A stretch of 61,228 nucleotides of DNA, from sequence record DRR723986_6336. One strand, given 5' to 3'. The translations under genes were made by a program, and so were the position numbers. Shown piece by piece: positions 1-9,756 of this stretch (position 1 is its first letter; each line of letters begins with the position of its first letter). The notes beneath the pieces were generated by a model. That model saw nothing but the letters and a program-made list of their open reading frames with translations, ran no database searches and was not told where the DNA came from.

Positions 1-11
1 AAATGACAATC

Positions 12-68
12 GATCAAAACAGCAGCAATTTACGGTCAAAACAGCAGCAAGTTGATCAGCTCTTGAGC
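12..68. repeat. Phased direct repeats / Fis-like sites
   Basis: TCAAAACAGCAGCAA occurs at 14-28 and 36-50. Three G-N13-C 15-mers start at 12, 34 and 54; the third (GATCAGCTCTTGAGC) fits the Fis consensus GNNYAN5TRNNC. Confidence 0.55.
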
Positions 69-71
69 AGA

Positions 72-686
72 TTAGCGCGCGAGCTGGAAGCGCCGTAGAC
101 GCGGCAGGGCCAATACTGCGATAAGCAGGCCATAAATCAGGGCCTCTAGATAGCTAGAGCGAACCTGCCAAACAACATGCAGCCACGCCAAGCCCATTAC
201 CGGATACATAAGCTGGTGAAGCTGACGCCAACGGCGCCCAAGGCGACGAACCGAATAGTTGTTAGAGGTGACTACCATTGGCAGCATTAGTAGCCAAGCT
301 GCGAAGCCGGCGATGATGTAGGGGCGCTCGCTGAGCTCTTCCAAAACAATGGTCCAGTCCCATGCGAACAGGTAGGTGGCAACAACCAGTAAATGAAGAC
401 TGGCATAGAAGCCGGCAAATAAGCCCAACATACGTCGAAACCGGAGCAACCGCGACCACCCCAACCAACTGCGTAGCGCGGAAACTGAAAAAACCACCAG
501 CAGCGCACGAATCGCCCAGTCACCGGTCATCACTATTAACGCTTTAACCGGATCGGGCCCCAAGTCACCAAGGACGGCACCATAAACCACCGCAGCGAGC
601 GGCAGCAGGCATAGCACGAACACCAGGGGCTTACCCCACCCCATCCCAAACGGTTGCCGGGCCTTTTCTGTCACATCAGCCATCAA
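72..686 (-). CDS. msrQ: Protein-methionine-sulfoxide reductase heme-binding subunit
   Basis: Ferric-reductase-like TM protein (RRMLGL, WRQLHQLMY, heme His residues), directly downstream of msrP. Confidence 0.93.
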   Translation of the reverse strand: MMADVTEKARQPFGMGWGKPLVFVLCLLPLAAVVYGAVLGDLGPDPVKALIVMTGDWAIRALLVVFSVSALRSWLGWSRLLRFRRMLGLFAGFYASLHLLVVATYLFAWDWTIVLEELSERPYIIAGFAAWLLMLPMVVTSNNYSVRRLGRRWRQLHQLMYPVMGLAWLHVVWQVRSSYLEALIYGLLIAVLALPRLRRFQLAR

Positions 687-694
687 GCCAACCT

Positions 695-1660
695 TCAGTA
701 GTAGCGCCGCAGGTTCATACCTTTGTACAAACTGGCGACCTGCTCTTCATAGCCATTGAACATCTGCGTGCGAATGCGGTTGGGAGACAACAAGCTGCTG
801 GGCAGGCGTCGCTCATAGCGCTGACTCCAGCGCGGATGATCCACCTTGGGGTTCACATTGGCATAGAAGCCGTACTCGCGCGGCGCAATGCCCTGCCAGC
901 TGGTTTTGGGCTGACGCTCGGTAAAACGAATTTTGACGATCGACTTGATACTCTTGAACCCGTACTTCCACGGCACCACCAAGCGAATTGGCGCGCCGTT
1001 TTGATTTGGCAACTCTCTGCCATACATTCCCACACTCATTAATGTGAGGGGGTGCATGGCCTCATCCATCCGCAAGCCCTCAATATACGGCCAATCGATG
1101 GTTGAGAATGCAGAGCGCTGTCCGCGCATTTCAGAGGGGCGATACAGGGTTTCAAACTGGATATATTTGGCTTTACTTGTTGGCTGCCACTGTTTGATTA
1201 AGTCACTGAGGGGAAAACCAAGCCAGGGAATGACCATTGACCACGCTTCTACACAGCGCAAGCGGTATACCCGCTCCTCTAGGTCGACACTCTTTAAAAT
1301 GTCTTCCAGTGCATACTTGCCCGGTTTATCAACCTCGCCCTCAACGTCGATTGACCACGGGTCGACTGTCAGTGCGCTGGCGTATTTCGCAGGGTCAGAT
1401 TTATCGGTGCCGAACTCATAGAAATTGTTGTACCGGCTGGCATCTGAGAACGGCGTCTGTGCTTCACCTGTATAAAAAGGATTGTCCGCCCGCGCGTCCA
1501 CCGGCGTGTGCGACAGCGGCGAAGGCGCAGAAAACGCCATCGGCGCCACGGCCATTGCCGCCATGGCTGCAGCCCCCTGCATAAACTCTCTGCGGCGGAG
1601 GTAGACCGCCTCCGGGGTAATTTCGCTGCTTGCAATATCATCGGACTTTTTTATCAGCAT
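695..1660 (-). CDS. msrP: Protein-methionine-sulfoxide reductase catalytic subunit (Mo cofactor, Tat-exported)
   Basis: Tat motif RRREFM; YNNFYEFG; RLRCVEAWS; PWKYGFKSIKSIV. Start moved to ATG 1660, which follows a GAGGAG SD. Confidence 0.96.
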   Translation of the reverse strand: MLIKKSDDIASSEITPEAVYLRRREFMQGAAAMAAMAVAPMAFSAPSPLSHTPVDARADNPFYTGEAQTPFSDASRYNNFYEFGTDKSDPAKYASALTVDPWSIDVEGEVDKPGKYALEDILKSVDLEERVYRLRCVEAWSMVIPWLGFPLSDLIKQWQPTSKAKYIQFETLYRPSEMRGQRSAFSTIDWPYIEGLRMDEAMHPLTLMSVGMYGRELPNQNGAPIRLVVPWKYGFKSIKSIVKIRFTERQPKTSWQGIAPREYGFYANVNPKVDHPRWSQRYERRLPSSLLSPNRIRTQMFNGYEEQVASLYKGMNLRRYY

Positions 1661-1712
1661 CGTCGCACTCCTCAACCATAACTAGTGATACGACGCAGCC
1701 ACAGCGCCAGCG

Positions 1713-2540
1713 TTACACTTTTGGCGCTTTTACTCGTCGATAAATCGCTTGTACGGGACCGGACAAGGCATAGAGCAAGACAATCCCCAGCAGTATCCGC
1801 GCGGGGTCGACCGAAACCAGGCCGAAGGCCAGCACAACCAATATCATCACTACAAAGGGAACGCGTCCGCGGAAATCGATGCCTTTAAAGCTGTTATAGC
1901 GCACGTTCATAATCATCAACATGCCAACGACGGCCATTAACACACCGACAACCGCCGCTAACTCAATAGGCAGCGCCGCGCCGATCCAGCCCTCCTCGGC
2001 AGAAACCCAGACCACCCCCGCCATAACGGCCGCTGCAGCCGGACTTGCCAGGCCAGTGAAGTAGTTTTTGTCGGCGGTATCAATTTGGGTATTAAAACGC
2101 GCTAGCCGCAGCGCCGCACAAGATACATAGACGAAGGCGACTGCCCAGCCGAACTTGCCGAGTTCCGATACGCCCCAGCTAAAAACAACCAGCGCCGGGG
2201 CAACACCGAAAGACACCATATCGGCAAGGCTGTCGTATTCCGCGCCAAACTTGCTCTGCGCATTCATCAAGCGCGCCACCCGACCGTCGAGGCCATCGAA
2301 AACCATGGCCACGAATATTGCCATCGCAGCCGCTTCAAAGCGGCCATTCATTGCCGAAACAATGGCGAAGAACCCCGAAAACAGCGCCGCGGTTGTAAAC
2401 AAATTCGGCAGCAAGTAAATACCACGCTTACGCACCGTTTTGCCGTCGACGGAGACTTCCTCTTCATGGTCGTCAATCAGCAGTAGCGCCTCTTTATCAA
2501 AGGCCGGCATCGACTTCTTTCCGGTTTGTTCGTCAGCCAT
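1713..2540 (-). CDS. pssA: CDP-diacylglycerol--serine O-phosphatidyltransferase
   Basis: CDP-alcohol phosphotransferase motif DGLDGRVAR...GAEYDSLAD; RLARFN; GIYLLPNLFT. Confidence 0.93.
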   Translation of the reverse strand: MADEQTGKKSMPAFDKEALLLIDDHEEEVSVDGKTVRKRGIYLLPNLFTTAALFSGFFAIVSAMNGRFEAAAMAIFVAMVFDGLDGRVARLMNAQSKFGAEYDSLADMVSFGVAPALVVFSWGVSELGKFGWAVAFVYVSCAALRLARFNTQIDTADKNYFTGLASPAAAAVMAGVVWVSAEEGWIGAALPIELAAVVGVLMAVVGMLMIMNVRYNSFKGIDFRGRVPFVVMILVVLAFGLVSVDPARILLGIVLLYALSGPVQAIYRRVKAPKV

Positions 2541-2584
2541 AGTGTCCTTATCCGTTCAAACAGCAATTAAGCGTGCATGATAAA

Positions 2585-3496
2585 TTAAATAGTGCTGCGG
2601 TACGATGACTGCGCACAGTCCCAAAATGCTTTTACCAGCGGGTCGGCCAGACGCTGTTGCCGTACCACCACGCCGATGTCCATACTCGGCAGTTCAGGCA
2701 ATATTGTCACCACGCGCACCTTGTCGCGCAAAAAGGACGTATCGAGCACCAAGTCGGGCACGACACCAATTCCCAACCCCAGGCCCACCGTACTGACAAT
2801 CGCCTCGTGACCACTCACTTGCGCGTAGACATTCGGCCGCAGGCGCTGGCGGCGAAACCATTGCTCGATCAGGCTTCGTGCGACGCCCCGCTCAGGAAGA
2901 ATAAAAGGTAGTGTATTGAGCAGGGACGCGCTGAACTCCCCACCGTGTCCAGCAATTTGCTCGCTGAGGGCGCAGGGAATATTCGGCACCAGCAACTGCA
3001 GTGAAGACCGGCTCAGCGGTAAGTAGTCGAGCCGACTGGGTAATTGCAGCGGGCGAACCGTAATTCCGAGGTCTTCGCCGCCATCAGCGATCCGGTCAAC
3101 GGCATCAGCTTGGTCGCCGGTATGCAGTTTCAGGTCAATGCCGGGGTAGCGCTGACGAAACGTCTCCAAAATCGTACTGAGCACACTGTAGGCTGCGGTC
3201 ACCGAACAGAACAGACTGATCTCCCCCTGCAGAGATTCTCCTTGTTGCCGCAGGCGCTGAGAAAGCGAGCGCCAACTCAACACCGCCTGCTCAGCGTAGC
3301 GCAAGAACTCTCTGCCGGCCGGTGTTAATCTGACACTGCGCCGATCCCGCTCAAACAAAACCACGCCGGCTTCGTCCTCCAAGCGCTGTATCGCCCGGCT
3401 GACGGCTGAAACGCTGAGGTGCATTGCCTCACTCGTTTTGCCAAAGTGCAGCGACTGGCTCAGGTGAATATAGATCTCCAGTTCTTTGGTTTTCAC
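2585..3496 (-). CDS. ilvY: LysR-type activator IlvY
   Basis: LysR HTH (LHFGKTSEAMHLSVSAVSRAIQRLE); LFCSVTAAYS; YAQVSGHEAIVS; divergent from ilvC. Start taken at GTG 3496. Confidence 0.9.
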   Translation of the reverse strand: MKTKELEIYIHLSQSLHFGKTSEAMHLSVSAVSRAIQRLEDEAGVVLFERDRRSVRLTPAGREFLRYAEQAVLSWRSLSQRLRQQGESLQGEISLFCSVTAAYSVLSTILETFRQRYPGIDLKLHTGDQADAVDRIADGGEDLGITVRPLQLPSRLDYLPLSRSSLQLLVPNIPCALSEQIAGHGGEFSASLLNTLPFILPERGVARSLIEQWFRRQRLRPNVYAQVSGHEAIVSTVGLGLGIGVVPDLVLDTSFLRDKVRVVTILPELPSMDIGVVVRQQRLADPLVKAFWDCAQSSYRSTI

Positions 3497-3505
3497 GACG
3501 GCTTC

Positions 3506-3557
3506 AGTCTCGAAAAATGCAACACAGTTTCCACTATATATCAATTTACGCAACAAT
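3506..3557. promoter_or_regulatory. IlvY tandem operators (O1/O2) in the ilvY-ilvC divergent promoter region
   Basis: CTCGAAAAATGCAAC...ATATATCAATTTACGCAACAA closely resembles the enterobacterial ilvYC operator region as I recall it (TTGCAAAAATTGCAA...ATATATCAATTTCCGCAATAA). Confidence 0.75.
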
Positions 3558-3627
3558 GAAGACTTGCTAGAGTGCCTCCCACTAAAAACCCCCTTTACTA
3601 CACGAGCACATAATCAGGAGCCTCACC

Positions 3628-5103
3628 ATGGGTCAGAACTACTTCAACAGCTTGCCGCTGCGCCTGCAGCTCGAAGAGCTGGGTAAATGCCGTTTTATGG
3701 ATCGCAGCGAGTTTGCAGATGGCTGCAACTACCTGAAAGGTAAGAAAATCGTGATTGTTGGCTGCGGCGCCCAGGGCTTGAACCAGGGCCTGAACCTGCG
3801 CGACTCTGGCCTCGACGTATCCTATGCCCTGCGCGCAAGCGCGATCGAGGAAAAACGCCAAAGCTGGAAAAATGCAACCGAGAACGGTTTCACCGTCGGC
3901 ACTTACGAAGAGTTGATTCCCACCGCTGACGTGGTGATGAACCTGACTCCAGATAAGCAGCACACCCCTGTTGTCAACGCGGTAATGCCGCTGATGAAAG
4001 AAGGCGCTTGCCTCGACTACGCGCACGGCTTCAACCTCGTTGAAGAAGGTATGCAGATCCGCAAAGACATCACCGTTGTTATGTGCTGCCCGAAATGCCC
4101 AGGCACCGAGGTTCGCGAAGAGTACAAGCGCGGCTTTGGTGTACCGACGCTCATCGCTGTTCACCGCGAAAACGACCCCAAAGGCGAAGGCATGGCCATT
4201 GCCAAAGCGCTGGCATCCGGTACTGGCGGCGACCGCGCTGGCGTATTGGAGTCCTCGCCAATTGCCGAAGTTAAGTCTGACCTGATGGGCGAGCAAACCA
4301 TCTTGTGCGGCATGCTGCAAACCGGCGCGATCCTGTGCTTCGACAAAATGGTTGCAGAAGGCATTGAGCCCGGCTACGCCTCAAAGCTGATTCAGTACGG
4401 CTGGGAAACCGTTACCGAAGGCCTGAAACACGGCGGCATCACCAATATGATGGATCGCCTCAGCAACCCCGCCAAAATCAAAGCGTTCGATTTGGCCGAT
4501 GAGCTGAAAGACATCATGCGTCCGCTTTACGAGAAGCACCAAGACGACATCATCAGCGGTCACTTCTCGAAAACCATGATGGAAGACTGGGCTAACGACG
4601 ACAAAAACCTGCTGAACTGGCGCGCCGCTACCGCTGAAACCGCGTTTGAAAAGACGCCCTCTGGCGATATGGAAATCAGTGAGCAAGAGTTCTACGACAA
4701 CGGCATTCTGCTTGTGGCAATGGTTAAAGCCGGTGTTGAGCTGGCCTTCGAATGCATGGTTGCCGCCGGCATGAAGCCCGAGTCAGCCTACTACGAGTCG
4801 CTGCATGAAACACCGCTGATCGCTAACACTATCGCGCGTCGCAAGCTGTATGAGATGAACGTGGTTATTTCTGATACTGCAGAATACGGCTGCTACCTGT
4901 TCGACCACGCTTGCCGCCCATTGCTGCAAGACTTTATGAGCAAGGTCTCTACTGATGTTATCGGCAAAGGCCTTAACGTCAAAGACGGCGGTGTTGATAA
5001 CGCTGAACTGATCGCGGTTAACGCAGAAATTCGCAACCACCCCGTTGAGGTCGTTGGTCAGAAATTGCGTAGCTACATGACGGCGATGAAGAAAATTGTC
5101 TAA
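3628..5103 (+). CDS. ilvC: Ketol-acid reductoisomerase, long (class II) form
   Basis: 491 aa; [42 protein letters not shown]; duplicated C-terminal domain; AGGAG SD. Confidence 0.98.
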   Translation: MGQNYFNSLPLRLQLEELGKCRFMDRSEFADGCNYLKGKKIVIVGCGAQGLNQGLNLRDSGLDVSYALRASAIEEKRQSWKNATENGFTVGTYEELIPTADVVMNLTPDKQHTPVVNAVMPLMKEGACLDYAHGFNLVEEGMQIRKDITVVMCCPKCPGTEVREEYKRGFGVPTLIAVHRENDPKGEGMAIAKALASGTGGDRAGVLESSPIAEVKSDLMGEQTILCGMLQTGAILCFDKMVAEGIEPGYASKLIQYGWETVTEGLKHGGITNMMDRLSNPAKIKAFDLADELKDIMRPLYEKHQDDIISGHFSKTMMEDWANDDKNLLNWRAATAETAFEKTPSGDMEISEQEFYDNGILLVAMVKAGVELAFECMVAAGMKPESAYYESLHETPLIANTIARRKLYEMNVVISDTAEYGCYLFDHACRPLLQDFMSKVSTDVIGKGLNVKDGGVDNAELIAVNAEIRNHPVEVVGQKLRSYMTAMKKIV

Positions 5104-5122
5104 ACACTTTTAAGGCTTAGAC

Positions 5123-5150
5123 AAAAGGGCGCCTACCGGCGCCCTTTTTT
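5123..5150. terminator. Bidirectional intrinsic terminator
   Basis: AAAAGGGCGCC-TACC-GGCGCCCTTTTTT between the convergent ilvC and MCP genes. Confidence 0.88.
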
Positions 5151-5178
5151 GTTGCATGCTTTGGTAATCGCGTTGATG

Positions 5179-7743
5179 TCAGCGCGGCGTATTCATCGCC
5201 GCTCTCTGATCGCTGGTGCCAACGGCGCTCCCCAAATCGAAATCGCCAACCATATTATTGAGCTCTTCCGCTTGAGCAGCCAGCTCCTCGGCAGCACTGG
5301 AAGATTCCTCAGAGTCCGCAGCGGCTGATTGCACAACCTTATCCATTGCCGCCATTGCCTTGGTGATTTCATCAATGCCCTTCGCCTGAATCTCACTGGA
5401 GCTGAATATTTCATTCACCAGCTCGGTCACCTGCCCAATGGCCGAAATAATGTCTGAAAAACCGCTATTGACCTCACTCGACAGCGCGCCGCCGTCCTCC
5501 GCAGATTCGGCGCTTTGCGCAATCAATGACTGCGTTTTATCTGCAGCGGTCTTCGCGCGAAGCGCCAGGTTCCTCACTTCTTCCGCAACCACCGCAAAAC
5601 TGCGGCCTGCCTCTCCCGCTCGGGCAGCTTCAACCGCCGCATTTAGAGCCAGCAAGTTGGTTTGGAAAGCAATCTCGTTGATATCGCTGATAATATCCTG
5701 GGTATCTTGTGTCGCACTTTTAATTCGCGTCATCGCCGCCAGCATTTTCTCCATCGTCTCGCTGCCTCGCTCAGCAAGCCCCTGGGTCTGCGCCGCTCGG
5801 TCTTTGGCCAATCGCGTGCTATCCACATTCTTGCGCGTTTCCTCACTGAGGCTCTCTAAGGAGCGCCCGGTTTCCTCAAGGGAGGCCGCCTGCTGCGACG
5901 CGCCAATGGCCACCGAGTGACTACTCGACGCAATCAAACCTGCGGCAGACGACACCTGTTCCGACGCCACCGACACGTGGCTGAGCGAGCTTCGCAGCTG
6001 GGAAACCGCCGAATTCACATAGCCCTTCAGTTCACCAAAGCGCCCCTTAAAGTCGCTCTTCACCTTGCGCGTAAGCTGATTGCTCGCCACAGCTTGCATC
6101 ACGTCTGCCACCTCATTGATCGGCAGCGTTATGGCATCGAGCATAAAGTTAATACTCGACAACAACTCTAAGCTATCGCCCTGGAAGCCATCTAAGGTCG
6201 CTCGGTCATCAAGATAGCCTTGACGGGCGGCATCGATCAGTCGCGCAACCTCTGACATTGCCTGTTTGCGCTCGGTGATATCCGTGGCATATTTCACGAC
6301 CTTGAAAACGCGCCCACGCAGGTCTTTTATCGGGGTATATGACGCTTGTATCCATATCTCACGGCCGCCCTTCGCCAAGCGCTTGAATTCACCAACACGA
6401 GCTTGACCCTGCGCCAGAGAACGCCAGAACTGCGCGTAATCTGCCGACTTGGCGTACTCGCCATCAACAAAAAGCCGATGATGCCGGCCTTTTACTTCCT
6501 CCAGCGAATACCCCATCGCCTGAAGAAAATTGTCATTTGCCGACAAGATCGTGCCATCGACTTCAAATTCAATAACTGCCTGACTCGCAGAAATACCCTC
6601 GATTTGCCCCTGATAATCGGCATTCACCCGCTTTTGTTGAGTGATGTCACTGGCATATTTCACTATTTTGAATACCTTGCCATCGACATCGCGAATCGGT
6701 GTATAGGACGCCTGAATCCAAACATCGTCACCGCGTTTATTGAGCCTGCAAAACTCGCCAAGTTTCGCCTGCCCCTCAGCCAAGTCGAGCCAGAATTGCC
6801 GGTACTCCTGACCGGCTCGGAAAGCCGGGTCAACAAATATACCGTGGTGCTTGCCAACCACCTCGTCAAGGCGATAGCCCATCACCGAAAGAAAGTTGTC
6901 ATTGGCATCAATTATCGTTCCATCGACATCAAAATGGATAACTGCCTGCACCGAATTAATTGCATCGATCTGACCTTTAAAATCGGCATGCAACATTTTT
7001 TGCTCAGTGATATCAGTGGCGTATTTCACCACCTTCACCACATCACCTTGAACATCTCTGATTGGCGTATAGGAGGCTTGAATCCACACGACTCGGCCAC
7101 CCTTGGCAATGCGTCGATATTCACCTACCTGCGCGTCGCCGCGAGCCAAGGACTGCCAAAACAGTGCATAGTCGCCAGAATTCCGCGTTTCAGGCGAAAC
7201 GAACATCGAGTGATGCTGGCCTTGTATCTCTTCAAGCTGGTAGCCCATCGTTTGCAGAAACAAGGAGTTGGCATCAAGGATAGTGCCACTGGGGTCAAAC
7301 TGAATGACTGCCTGGCTGGCATTGATCGCCGTAATCTGCCCCAAATAGTCGAGGTCGAGCGCCTTCTGCCGGGTAATATCGCTCGCGACTTTAATAATGC
7401 GCGTAACGTGCCCCTCGTCATCAAGAACCGGGTTATACGAGGCCTGAATCCAGAATACTGAACCATGCTTGTCGTAGCGGCAAAACTCGCCGCTCTGCGA
7501 CTGGCCGTCGCGAAGTGACTGCCAGAATGCACGGTATTCCTGCGAGGCAGCGTAGTCGGCGCGGACAAATACCCGATGGTGCGAGCCCTTCAGCTCGTCG
7601 CTACTGTAACCGGTGACGTCTAAGAAATTCTGGTTGGCTCTTAGAATATTGCCGTCGGGGTCAAACTCTATGACGGCCTGAGACTCTTCTATCGCCGCAA
7701 GGGTCTGCAGCAACTGATCTCGGCTGGGTGCTGAGGGGGCCAT
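5179..7743 (-). CDS. Soluble methyl-accepting chemotaxis protein with four PAS/PAC repeats
   Basis: Four ~122-aa repeats (SQAVIxF...HHxxFV...FWxxL...WIQASYxP); HAMP-like linker; MCP tip [30 protein letters not shown]; no TM segment. Confidence 0.93.
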   Translation of the reverse strand: MAPSAPSRDQLLQTLAAIEESQAVIEFDPDGNILRANQNFLDVTGYSSDELKGSHHRVFVRADYAASQEYRAFWQSLRDGQSQSGEFCRYDKHGSVFWIQASYNPVLDDEGHVTRIIKVASDITRQKALDLDYLGQITAINASQAVIQFDPSGTILDANSLFLQTMGYQLEEIQGQHHSMFVSPETRNSGDYALFWQSLARGDAQVGEYRRIAKGGRVVWIQASYTPIRDVQGDVVKVVKYATDITEQKMLHADFKGQIDAINSVQAVIHFDVDGTIIDANDNFLSVMGYRLDEVVGKHHGIFVDPAFRAGQEYRQFWLDLAEGQAKLGEFCRLNKRGDDVWIQASYTPIRDVDGKVFKIVKYASDITQQKRVNADYQGQIEGISASQAVIEFEVDGTILSANDNFLQAMGYSLEEVKGRHHRLFVDGEYAKSADYAQFWRSLAQGQARVGEFKRLAKGGREIWIQASYTPIKDLRGRVFKVVKYATDITERKQAMSEVARLIDAARQGYLDDRATLDGFQGDSLELLSSINFMLDAITLPINEVADVMQAVASNQLTRKVKSDFKGRFGELKGYVNSAVSQLRSSLSHVSVASEQVSSAAGLIASSSHSVAIGASQQAASLEETGRSLESLSEETRKNVDSTRLAKDRAAQTQGLAERGSETMEKMLAAMTRIKSATQDTQDIISDINEIAFQTNLLALNAAVEAARAGEAGRSFAVVAEEVRNLALRAKTAADKTQSLIAQSAESAEDGGALSSEVNSGFSDIISAIGQVTELVNEIFSSSEIQAKGIDEITKAMAAMDKVVQSAAADSEESSSAAEELAAQAEELNNMVGDFDLGSAVGTSDQRAAMNTPR
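6270..7700 (-). repeat. Intragenic 366-bp tandem PAS repeats (x4)
   Basis: WIQA codon blocks at 7441, 7075, 6709 and 6343, an exact 366-bp period. Boundaries approximate. Confidence 0.85.
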
Positions 7744-7940
7744 GACAATGCGTCCTGATTATTTATATTGGTGTTTCAGGGAAAGCAGTAGCAATACTTT
7801 CTTGACGAGTGTGGTTAAAAATCAAGCGACTGACTATACGTAAAGTCCGCGCGCAAGCCGCCAGCGGATAATTCGAAAATGGCCCCAATCATCGCCGATA
7901 TCTGCGATAATTCAGCGTTTTCAACGGCCTCTCAGCAATT

Positions 7941-9155
7941 ATGCAAAACGCGCAAAATTACGATGTTATCGTCCTTGGCGGTGGCGCCTCGGGCCTGCTT
8001 TGCGCTTTCACAGCCGCCCAGCGCGGACGCCGTGTATTGGTGCTTGAACGCGCAAACAAGGTCGGCAAAAAAATCCTAATGTCCGGCGGCGGCCGCTGCA
8101 ATTTCACCAATTACTTCGTCGATGCAAACAACTTCATTTCAGAGAATCGGCACTTCTGTAAGTCGGCCCTAAAACGCTACGGCGCCTGGGACTTTATCGG
8201 CATGGTCGAGCGTTATGGCATCGCCTATGAGGAGCGCAAACACAGCCAGCTTTTTTGCCTGAACTCTGCCAAAGATATCCTGAACATGCTTCTTGAGGAA
8301 TGTTCGCAAGCGGGTGTTGAGATTCGCTGCAAGATCGAACTGGAGGGCGTTCAAGCGCTAGAGGCGCGCGCGGGCTACCAATTGCACATCCGCCAGGATA
8401 CCAGCGCTCTTTCTCTGCACTGCCAGTCACTTGTTGTGGCAACGGGCGGGCTTTCCATACCGACCTTGGGTGGCAGTGGCGCCGGTTATCAACTCGCCGA
8501 GCAATTTGGCCTTGGCGTGACGCCGCGCAGAGCGGGCCTGGTGCCCTTTATGTTTAGCGACCAGAGCAAAGGTCTGTGCGAACGCTTGGCAGGCCTGGCT
8601 GTTGATGTCTCAGCAACGTGTAATGACCAGACATTTCGCGAAAATTTGCTGTTCACTCACCGCGGCCTAAGCGGACCGGTGATGCTACAAATCTCCAACT
8701 ATTGGCACCCCGGTGACGCCCTTCACATCGACCTGCTGCCGGATATCAACGCCGAGCAATGGCTCATTGAAGCGAAGTCACAGCAGCCTAAATCGCTATT
8801 GCGCAGTGTCCTGGGGCAACGCTTGGCGAAAGGCTTGGTGCAGGAATGCCAGACCCTTTGGTGGCCAGAGCACGCCGATACCCCTATGGCCGGGCTCAGT
8901 GAGAAATTGCTACGCCGCATCGCCGCACAGCTGAATAACTGGGTCGTAAAACCCTCGGCAACCGAGGGCTACCGGACAGCAGAAGTCACCCTGGGTGGCG
9001 TGGATACCGATGGCATCAGTTCCAAAACCATGGAGGCGACGTCACAGCCTGGGTTGTACTTTGTCGGCGAAGTTCTCGATGTCACCGGCTGGCTGGGTGG
9101 TTTTAACTTTCAATGGGCCTGGTCTTCGGGTTATGTCGCAGGATTACACGTATAG
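7941..9155 (+). CDS. HI0933/YhiN-family NAD(P)/FAD-dependent oxidoreductase
   Basis: GGGASG FAD motif; GKKILMSGGGRCNFTN; LFTHRGLSGP; GGFNFQWAWSSG. Confidence 0.92.
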   Translation: MQNAQNYDVIVLGGGASGLLCAFTAAQRGRRVLVLERANKVGKKILMSGGGRCNFTNYFVDANNFISENRHFCKSALKRYGAWDFIGMVERYGIAYEERKHSQLFCLNSAKDILNMLLEECSQAGVEIRCKIELEGVQALEARAGYQLHIRQDTSALSLHCQSLVVATGGLSIPTLGGSGAGYQLAEQFGLGVTPRRAGLVPFMFSDQSKGLCERLAGLAVDVSATCNDQTFRENLLFTHRGLSGPVMLQISNYWHPGDALHIDLLPDINAEQWLIEAKSQQPKSLLRSVLGQRLAKGLVQECQTLWWPEHADTPMAGLSEKLLRRIAAQLNNWVVKPSATEGYRTAEVTLGGVDTDGISSKTMEATSQPGLYFVGEVLDVTGWLGGFNFQWAWSSGYVAGLHV

Positions 9156-9222
9156 GGTGTTCGAAGCACGGCGCAATACAGGATAGAATATCGCCCTCTT
9201 TACCCAACGCTTGAGGCCCAGC

Positions 9223-9756
9223 ATGGCATCGCTGCAAGAACAGCTACTTAAGGCAGGCATCGCCGACGAAAAGAAAGCCAAAAAAATTAAGCAGGAGCAG
9301 CGCAAGGCCAAAAAAGCCAACAAGGGTAAGCCTCAGGTCGATGAGGGCAAGCTCGCCGCGCAACGTGCACTGGCAGAAAAGGCCGAGCGCGACCGCGAGA
9401 TAAATCGCCAACGCCAAGCCGAAGTGGAGAAAAAGGCTATTTATGCGCAGATTTTGCAGCTAGTCGACATCAATAAGGTCGATCGCAAACAGGGTGATAT
9501 CGCCTTCCAATTTACCGATGGTAAGAAGATCAAGCGCATTTACGTCACCAATGCTCTACAGGAGCAACTGGTAAAAGGGCTGCTTGCCATCGTCAAGGTC
9601 CGAGACAGCTTTGAGCTCGTGCCTGCCGCCATCGCCGATAAAATCAAACAACGCGATGCCAGCGTGATCGTTCTGCACAATGAAAAACCTGCGGACCAGC
9701 CCGAGGAAGACGATCCCTACGCCGATTACCAAATCCCTGACGACCTGATGTGGTAA
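9223..9756 (+). CDS. DUF2058 (YaiL-like) protein
   Basis: [11 protein letters not shown]-terminus and [16 protein letters not shown]-terminus are typical of the family. Confidence 0.88.
   Translation: MASLQEQLLKAGIADEKKAKKIKQEQRKAKKANKGKPQVDEGKLAAQRALAEKAERDREINRQRQAEVEKKAIYAQILQLVDINKVDRKQGDIAFQFTDGKKIKRIYVTNALQEQLVKGLLAIVKVRDSFELVPAAIADKIKQRDASVIVLHNEKPADQPEEDDPYADYQIPDDLMW

Noticed and set aside
14-50. 15-bp direct repeat as a CRISPR remnant
   Set aside because: Only two copies with a 7-bp gap, and no cas genes in the window.
3598-4320. 240-aa minus-strand ORF
   Set aside because: Antisense to the strongly codon-biased ilvC; a typical shadow ORF.
6346-7461. 371-aa plus-strand ORF with internal repeats
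   Set aside because: Antisense shadow of the PAS repeats; its periodicity comes from the real gene and it has no recognisable motifs.
7812-7825. FNR-like site upstream of the PAS receptor (TGGTT-N4-ATCAA)
   Set aside because: Only one half-site matches well; too weak to call.
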